Below the pieces are notes generated by a model. It saw nothing but the letters and a program-made list of their open reading frames with translations, ran no database searches and had not been told where the DNA came from. Source: an uncultured Candidatus Bathyarchaeia archaeon (GTDB lineage: Archaea > Thermoproteota > Bathyarchaeia > TCS64). From it: a DNA stretch of 38,730 nt. Both the position numbers and the translations under genes were made by a program. Location: the NCBI GenBank assembly GCA_964347405.1, contig CAYFYM010000055.1:1-38730 (forward strand), in the 5' to 3' direction. Numbering within the stretch: the first letter of the stretch is position 1; the number at the start of each line of letters is the position of its first letter. Shown piece by piece: positions 33,497 to 38,730 of the stretch.

Positions 33497-33522
33497 AGTT
33501 TAAAATACTTATTATATAAACT
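33497..33522 (+). promoter_or_regulatory. Candidate TATA boxes (AAGTTTAAAATAC / TTATTATATAAAC) ahead of the tail sheath gene
   Basis: They sit at the end of a ~280-bp spacer that looks roughly three-quarters A+T by eye (33260-33540). TTG start at 33541. Confidence 0.4.
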
Positions 33523-33540
33523 TAGATTGAGTGTGTTACT

Positions 33541-34899
33541 TTGGTTAGAGTAATACCTGGTGTAGAGGTTAAAGTAATCAAAGAGATCATTCCACCGGCA
33601 CCATATCCCTCTGGAGTCGTTGGTATGATGGGGACTGCTGAGAAGGGTCCTGAACTCACCCCAACCCACTTGGGGAGTTGGAGGGAGTTTGCCGACCTAT
33701 TCGGTGACAGTCCTGAATATACCCTGACACAGAGTGTCAAACAGTGCTTCCAGAACGGGGTCTTCGAGGTCGTTGCTACTCGGATAGTGGGGAAGGGTGG
33801 CGAATATTCCTCGGCCAAGTTGAAGGACAGTGAGAAAGCGGACACCGTGGAGTTGGTGGCAAAGGCCATTGGCGAAGCTGGCGATGACATAGGCTTTTCG
33901 ATTGAGCCTGGTACGACGGAGAACACGGTCAGGTTACTGCTGAGTGATGGCGTGGTCTTCGAGGTATTCGACGACCTCGACATGAATAGGAGAAGCGACA
34001 AGTACTTGGTGAAGTACGTCAACGAGAACTCGAAGCTCGTCAAAGCCAATGATCTAAAGTCTAAGACGAAGGCACCGGGCAACTACCCTGTCCCAGTTGA
34101 GGGAAAGCTGAAAGGCGGAAAGCCTCCAGGCGACCCAACTGAGGAGAGCTTTGAGGCGGCCCTCGAGAGGCTGGAGGCTGAGGCTGAGGTCGACATGGTG
34201 TGCGCCTGCGAAGTTACGGATCCCAAGGTCCACGCCCTTATAGAGGCCCATTGCGTCAACATGAGTAATTGGGCCATGGGCAGGATCGGCATCGGGTCTG
34301 TGGAGGAAGGAGAGGAAATCAGCGACATCACCAAGAGAACGGAGGTGCTCGCAAGCGACAGATTCATACTAGTGGCGCCCCACGGTATCGCCGGCGCTGT
34401 AGCCGGCCTAATCAGCAAACTGAGTTACTACGAGTCACCTACCTTCAAGGCCTTGACGGGTCTCTCAGAGCTGGAGCAGAAATACACCCCCTCCCAGGCA
34501 AGGCAGCTACTCAATGCCGGAATCCTGCCCGTATGGGCACAGAAGGGCAAAGGACTAATCGTCATCAAGGGAATCACGACAAGTAAGGAGCAGATCAACG
34601 TTACCCGGACGACGGACCACGCGGTGAGGCTGGTAAAGTCGACGGGCGACCAGTTCATCGGAACCCTAAACAACGCCACGGGCAGAGCCGCCCTCAAGGA
34701 GAAGATCACGGAACTGATGCTACGGATGGAGAACGAGGGTGCGATCGTGCCGAGCACAGACGGTTCAGAGCCAGCTTTCATTGTGGATGTATACAGCTCA
34801 CAACTCGACTTCGCTCAGGGAATAGTCAGAGTCGACTTGGCCGTGAGGCCTGTCCGGGCGATAGACTACATCTACGCGACCATAACGGTCCAGGCATAG
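33541..34899 (+). CDS. Contractile tail sheath protein
   Basis: 452 aa. N-terminus IPGVEVKVIKEIIPPAPYPSGVVGMMGTAEKGP..THLGSWREFADLFG is the classic sheath opening. C-terminus ..GIVRVDLAVRPVRAIDYIYATITVQA is typical of sheath C-domains. A tube gene follows. Confidence 0.85.
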   Translation: MVRVIPGVEVKVIKEIIPPAPYPSGVVGMMGTAEKGPELTPTHLGSWREFADLFGDSPEYTLTQSVKQCFQNGVFEVVATRIVGKGGEYSSAKLKDSEKADTVELVAKAIGEAGDDIGFSIEPGTTENTVRLLLSDGVVFEVFDDLDMNRRSDKYLVKYVNENSKLVKANDLKSKTKAPGNYPVPVEGKLKGGKPPGDPTEESFEAALERLEAEAEVDMVCACEVTDPKVHALIEAHCVNMSNWAMGRIGIGSVEEGEEISDITKRTEVLASDRFILVAPHGIAGAVAGLISKLSYYESPTFKALTGLSELEQKYTPSQARQLLNAGILPVWAQKGKGLIVIKGITTSKEQINVTRTTDHAVRLVKSTGDQFIGTLNNATGRAALKEKITELMLRMENEGAIVPSTDGSEPAFIVDVYSSQLDFAQGIVRVDLAVRPVRAIDYIYATITVQA

Positions 34900-34912
34900 G
34901 AGGTGATGTGGA

Positions 34913-35308
34913 GTGTCATTAATGATTGTATCTGCGGCGAAGAGCAAGGTTACCGTAGATGGCAACGAGGTCGAAGGCGTCCAGTCTATAGACTTCAAGG
35001 TACGTAGGAGACAAGCAGACATAGAGGCCATAGGAGTAGCAGAGCGCATAGGAATAGAGTCGGGACAAGTGATTGTAACAGGCTCCCTCAGGATCAGCTC
35101 AATTAACACAGCGCTAGACGATTTCCTTTATCCGGTAGACCCACCGGGCTTCAACATGGTCTTGACCCTCAACGTGGCTGAGGGGACACAAGTCAGACAG
35201 ATAACCTTCGACGAGTGTTACCTCGATGACAAGACCTTTGAGATGACGGCGAATGGCGTCGGTGTCACGGCATACAACTTTACTTCAACTAGGGTAAGGG
35301 AAGAATAG
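34913..35308 (+). CDS. Tail tube protein
   Basis: 131 aa, directly after the sheath gene. GGAGGTGA (34899-34906) lies 6 nt before GTG 34913. Beta-rich pattern KVTVDGNEVEGVQSIDF..VTGSL..FTSTRV is consistent with tube proteins. Confidence 0.65.
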   Translation: MSLMIVSAAKSKVTVDGNEVEGVQSIDFKVRRRQADIEAIGVAERIGIESGQVIVTGSLRISSINTALDDFLYPVDPPGFNMVLTLNVAEGTQVRQITFDECYLDDKTFEMTANGVGVTAYNFTSTRVREE

Positions 35309-35339
35309 GGAGTAACCTAGCTAAGAGAAAGGGACCGAG

Positions 35340-35726
35340 ATGAGTGGGACGAAGAGGCTTACGAAGGAGGACATCCTTAAGGGCAAGGAAAGACACGAGC
35401 CGCTGTACGTCGAGGAATACGACGCAGAAGTCGTGATAAGACCTCTGACTGATGGCGAACTCACCAACATCTTCTCCCTAATCGGAAACGTCCCACTCAA
35501 CGAGGATGGCACCCCAGACATAGCAAGTATGGACGCCACGAAGAACTTCGAGGCCCTAAGGATGGCTGCCTCCATGGGAATGGTGGAGCCGAACCTGACG
35601 AAGGAAGATGTCTCTGATATGAAGTTCGGGGTACCTGAGTTCATCGGCATGAAGGTACTAGAGATCAGCGGAGTAACATCGAGTGAGGAAGCTAAAAAAA
35701 AAGCTAGAGATGGAGGAGTTCGTTAA
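35340..35726 (+). CDS. Tail assembly chaperone candidate (G/E-like ORF)
   Basis: 128 aa, located between the tube and tape-measure genes. Acidic, with VVIRPLTDGEL. It ends just after an A9 tract that overlaps the next ORF. Confidence 0.55.
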   Translation: MSGTKRLTKEDILKGKERHEPLYVEEYDAEVVIRPLTDGELTNIFSLIGNVPLNEDGTPDIASMDATKNFEALRMAASMGMVEPNLTKEDVSDMKFGVPEFIGMKVLEISGVTSSEEAKKKARDGGVR

Positions 35727-35910
35727 GAGCCCTGACGGTCTTGAGCTCTCAACCCTCTGCCTCGACTACGGGTACAAACTCGCTGACAGCCCAGGGGACC
35801 TCACACGGGATCAGATCAACTTCCTTATTTTTGCATTGTCGCATCGACTAAAGCAGATGAGTTACTCCAGGCCAACAGAGAGCGACACCACAAGGATCAT
35901 ATTCGAGTAG
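35683..35910 (+). CDS. Overlapping +1-frame ORF (T/E'-like extension of the chaperone)
   Basis: A 75-codon ORF in the +1 frame that overlaps the previous ORF by 44 nt across A9 (35694-35702). It has no promoter or SD of its own. Confidence 0.45.
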   Translation: MRKLKKKLEMEEFVKSPDGLELSTLCLDYGYKLADSPGDLTRDQINFLIFALSHRLKQMSYSRPTESDTTRIIFE

Positions 35911-35942
35911 ATCAACGTGAACCATTCAGAGGGGAACCTCAC

Positions 35943-38360
35943 ATGAGCCGCTTCGAGACGCTCGTCAAGAAAACCTTGGAGATGCAGAGAGCCAGCGCCT
36001 ACGCTCTACCCGTACTTGGACCTAACAAAGCCATCTCCTCAATGATAAACAAGTTATACGAAATAGGCATCCCCGACAATCTTAACACCTTGGCTTTAAG
36101 AATGGTCGGAATAATGAGGCGAGTCGCTCGACTGCAAGTGGCCATCTCAACGCCAACGATACCCGCCATTCTATCCCAGGAGCCAGCTTACAAGGTAGCT
36201 GAGTTCGAAGAGGCGTATCCAAGAATTGAGGAACCCCAAAAATTTGTCGTTACCAGCAGGTTTGATCCCCTAACCAACATCATCAGGAGAATGGTAAGAA
36301 GCTTCCTTAGGCGCCCACGTAGACCAGAGCGCGGGCGCGCACCCGAACCACTTTCCATAAAAAAGGAAAAAGGATACACAATCCCCGAGTACATACAGAG
36401 AATCATAGCAGCGATACCGCCGTTGGCGTATGTTCCCCCTGAATTGAGACACAGACCGGAGATCGAGAAGCCTGAATTAATCGCTGAAACCCGACTTGAG
36501 GAAATATCAGTTCCCAAGAGTGTGGACGTCCCAGATAGGTACTATGAAATCGTCGAGGAATACGAGGTCCCTGGTAAGAGAGTCCCTCTGATGCCCAGGG
36601 CGGAACTCTCAAGGGCGAAAACTCCCTCTCTGAGGATAACCCCCCAAGTGAGAATAGTCCGCCAGACGTTCCAAGACCTCGCTAAATGGGCCGCCGGCGT
36701 GAGCGCCGCCCAGCCAGCCGTCACGAAGATGGGTCTCGTCGATAATTACGTGGACATGCAGGCATCGATCCACGATGTCGTCAGCCAGCAGATAGATGTC
36801 CGGAAAATCAGACCAACATATGATTGGAGGCCGCTAATTCTGGAGGCGACGAAGATCGCCAGCGAGCAAGTGTTCGCATGGGGTAAGGATGAAATGGAGG
36901 CCGGCCGACCAGGGGTCTTTAGGGGGCCGCAGATCGAGAGGGCAGTGGAGGCTGTAGAGGGCCTCGCTGAGGACGAGCTCTCCCCCTTGGTCACTGACAT
37001 ACTGACGAGAGAGGCGGAGAGCAAGGCCGCCCTGGTCTCCTCCGAAGTGGAAAGAGTTACACGACAGCTGGCCGAGGAGGCGGCCGAGACCTACAGGCAG
37101 GCATTAACCCAGTTGATGCCGGTACACCGCCGGGCGGCTGTCAAGGAGCTGGTCCACGCGCCCGGACTCAAGGAGCTTGTGACCAAGAAGCTCCGCACCT
37201 CCCTTGAGATAATAGGCATTAGGGAAGCAATCTCGGAGGAGGTCAGAGAACGAGGGATGGAGTTAGGCAAGAAACATCCTCTTCACGAGTATATCGCGAG
37301 GGTGGCGAGGCTTGCCGGGGTCGCAAGGCCCGAGGTTCCCACGCATCCTGTTGTGGAAGAGGATATGGTACCTGCCACATCGCCTTTCCACCCGCTTCAC
37401 GAGTACATCACAATGGCATCGAGGCTTGCCGGGGTCACAAGGCCCGAGGTTCCCACGCATCCGATCGGAGAAGAGGATATGGTACCTGCCACATCGCCTT
37501 TCCACCCGCTTCACGAGTACATCACAATGGCATCGAGGCTTGCCGGGGTCGCAAGGCCCGAGGTTCCCACGCATCCTGTTGTGGAAGAGGATATGGTACC
37601 TGCCACATCGCCTTTCCACCCGCTTCACGAGTACATCACTAGGGTGGCGAGGCTCGCCGGGATCACACGAGTAGAGCTGCCTGCCCCCATGGAAGAATTG
37701 ATGGCGCCGACCCCAACGCCGTTACGCCCTCTGCAAGACTACATCGACATCACTGCCAAGCTTGCAGAGGTCGCTAAGTTGGAGGAACCCATAATTTCGA
37801 TCGAGGAGGAAGTGGAGGAGATCGCCGGGGCCCCCCGGCACCCCATAAGGGCTTATCTCGATCTGGCATCCAGGTTAGGGGAATTCATGAGCGCACGCGC
37901 AGCCGCTGTTTATGGGATAACCGCTGCTCATGTTCCCGAGGTGGAATATCTGGGTGGGAAGCTGGAAGTCTCCAAGGCCTTCGATTACATTAGCGTATTG
38001 AAGGAAATCGTCACTTCAAAGGTGGAGGCCGAGAAGGTTTTGACGGCATCCTTGAGCGGAGTGGTTTCCAGCCTGCTGGAGGTCCCCCTGGGGGAACAGG
38101 CACCTGAGGTAGTTGGCCTGGAGTTCCCTGTATCGGTGCCGAGCCCGAGGCTTCTGGACATGGTGTCCGTGCTCTCGCGTGTCGAGACGATCCCCGGCAC
38201 GCAGAGGCCTCCATCGGTCAGGCGGGAGCGTGTCGTGGAGAGGCGGCGCCCCATAGATATAAAGGTCGAGCCAAAGATAGGTGATATCGACCTCAAAGAG
38301 CTGGAGAGGAAGATAGCCCGCATCCTGAGGGAAGAGGCTCGAAGGTATGGTGTGTACTGA
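35943..38360 (+). CDS. Tape measure protein candidate (805 aa) with internal tandem repeats
   Basis: Largest ORF of the module, in the canonical position after the chaperone pair. Helix-rich and charged. Contains 38-aa tandem repeats. Its stop overlaps the next start (TGATG). Confidence 0.55.
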   Translation: MSRFETLVKKTLEMQRASAYALPVLGPNKAISSMINKLYEIGIPDNLNTLALRMVGIMRRVARLQVAISTPTIPAILSQEPAYKVAEFEEAYPRIEEPQKFVVTSRFDPLTNIIRRMVRSFLRRPRRPERGRAPEPLSIKKEKGYTIPEYIQRIIAAIPPLAYVPPELRHRPEIEKPELIAETRLEEISVPKSVDVPDRYYEIVEEYEVPGKRVPLMPRAELSRAKTPSLRITPQVRIVRQTFQDLAKWAAGVSAAQPAVTKMGLVDNYVDMQASIHDVVSQQIDVRKIRPTYDWRPLILEATKIASEQVFAWGKDEMEAGRPGVFRGPQIERAVEAVEGLAEDELSPLVTDILTREAESKAALVSSEVERVTRQLAEEAAETYRQALTQLMPVHRRAAVKELVHAPGLKELVTKKLRTSLEIIGIREAISEEVRERGMELGKKHPLHEYIARVARLAGVARPEVPTHPVVEEDMVPATSPFHPLHEYITMASRLAGVTRPEVPTHPIGEEDMVPATSPFHPLHEYITMASRLAGVARPEVPTHPVVEEDMVPATSPFHPLHEYITRVARLAGITRVELPAPMEELMAPTPTPLRPLQDYIDITAKLAEVAKLEEPIISIEEEVEEIAGAPRHPIRAYLDLASRLGEFMSARAAAVYGITAAHVPEVEYLGGKLEVSKAFDYISVLKEIVTSKVEAEKVLTASLSGVVSSLLEVPLGEQAPEVVGLEFPVSVPSPRLLDMVSVLSRVETIPGTQRPPSVRRERVVERRRPIDIKVEPKIGDIDLKELERKIARILREEARRYGVY
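37275..37616 (+). repeat. Three near-identical in-frame 114-bp tandem repeats, followed by 2-3 degenerate units to about 37950
   Basis: Units at 37275, 37389 and 37503 each encode HPLHEYI(A/T)(R/M)(V/A)(A/S)RLAGV(A/T)RPEVPTHP(VV/IG)EEDMVPATSPF. Later units read HPLHEYITRVARLAGITRVELP.., RPLQDYIDITAKLAEVAKLEEP.. and HPIRAYLDLASRLGEF.. Confidence 0.95.
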
Positions 38361-38730
38361 TGAGCATAGAGCTCGATAAGATACCCCTGATAAAGCACAC
38401 CCGGGACGACGACACCGGGAAGACGAAAGTGATCAACAGCGTCTACAACGTGAAGGTCGAGGAGAGGCGGAGCGTCGTCGAGCACAAGATACCGGGGATG
38501 GAGGGGGGAGTGCTCCAGGACCTTGGGAGGGAGCCTGTCCGCATCTCCTTCGAGGGCGTGATCTACGGCGAAGGGGCGAAGGAAGCCCTGAAGAACATCA
38601 GGTCGAAGTTCAAGGCCGGTAAACCCGTTCCCTTCTCGTCGGACGTCTCGGGCGTGGCCGAGGTCACCGACGTTCTGATTGAGAACCTCCAGGTGGACGA
38701 TATGGGGGGGATGCCGAACAACTACAAGTA
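38360..38730 (+). CDS. Baseplate-region protein resembling the N-terminal domain of Mu gp43 (DNA circulation protein). The 3' end lies beyond the window.
   Basis: Absent from the track (no stop in the window). My translation from ATG 38360 reads MSIELDKIPLIKHTRDDDTGKTKV..VEHKIPGMEGGVLQDLGREPVRISFEGVIYGEGAKEALKNIRSKFKAGKPVPFSS. The H.(I/Y)PG..G..(Q/E)DLGR....(I/F).G.. pattern recalls gp43-N. Confidence 0.5.
   Translation, partial: MSIELDKIPLIKHTRDDDTGKTKVINSVYNVKVEERRSVVEHKIPGMEGGVLQDLGREPVRISFEGVIYGEGAKEALKNIRSKFKAGKPVPFSSDVSGVAEVTDVLIENLQVDDMGGMPNNYK

Noticed and set aside
37263-37674. A regular repeat array that could be mistaken for a CRISPR locus, and the track ORFs 37263-37628 (minus) and 37312-37674 (plus).
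   Set aside because: The units are 114 bp, directly abutting with no unique spacers, and in frame within an 805-aa ORF, where they encode a repeated 38-aa peptide. The extra ORFs are artefacts of the periodic sequence.

Overview
Archaeal chromosomal window. Evidence for archaeal origin: a TFB gene, GGTTTAWATA-type BRE/TATA boxes 18-38 nt upstream of start codons, oligo-T terminators, and GGAGGTGA Shine-Dalgarno sites only inside operons. Coding DNA is roughly 55-60% GC by eye and the spacers are AT-rich. The lineage cannot be assigned from the window alone.

Gene content, left to right:
(1) 1-4261, minus strand: a three-gene NuoE-like / NuoF-like / formate dehydrogenase alpha operon. The subunit architecture matches flavin-based electron-bifurcating enzymes.
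(2) 4.5-6.7 kb: housekeeping genes, namely an M50 protease with a CBS pair and small ORFs.
(3) 6.8-11.1 kb: four individually promoted and terminated genes. These are an NCS2-like permease, an isochorismatase-family cysteine hydrolase, a paralogous permease, and a tandem beta-sandwich protein.
(4) 11.2-14.9 kb: Hsp20, an ABC1/UbiB-type kinase, an SDR reductase and an RHH-domain protein.
(5) 15.08-15.48 kb: an ORF of about 30% GC, followed 3 nt later by tfb.
(6) 16.7-20.45 kb: a 3.76-kb cassette bracketed by two inverted, promoter-bearing, ~215-bp homologous elements (124-nt core, 118/124 identical). The cassette holds a hypothetical gene, a VIT-like gene, a CBSx4 gene with an HPF/RaiA-like tail, and a Na+/H+ antiporter.
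(7) 20.7-22.8 kb: a ferredoxin, a CaCA exchanger and a USP.
(8) 22.85-30.4 kb: a tightly coupled DUF1116 / AtzD-barbiturase-family / DUF2877 / FdrA / mini-ORF operon. A permease plus a CodA-family amidohydrolase are transcribed divergently from it. I read this as a candidate, apparently undescribed, carbamoyl-phosphate-yielding N-heterocycle (pyrimidine or s-triazine) catabolic module. A 41-nt promoter/operator homology links it to the 8.1-kb hydrolase gene.
(9) 30.4-33.2 kb: an orphan HerA-like ATPase, a truncated stomatin gene and a start-less ferredoxin remnant. This looks like a rearrangement junction.
(10) 33.5 kb to the window end: a Mu/P2-type contractile tail module. It runs sheath, tube, chaperone pair overlapping at an A9 tract, 805-aa tape-measure candidate with 114-bp tandem repeats, then a Mu gp43-like protein. 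It starts directly after a 280-bp AT-rich spacer with no head genes upstream, so it is either a provirus tail block or a headless tailocin/CIS-like locus.

All family calls rest on motif recognition by eye. No database search was run.
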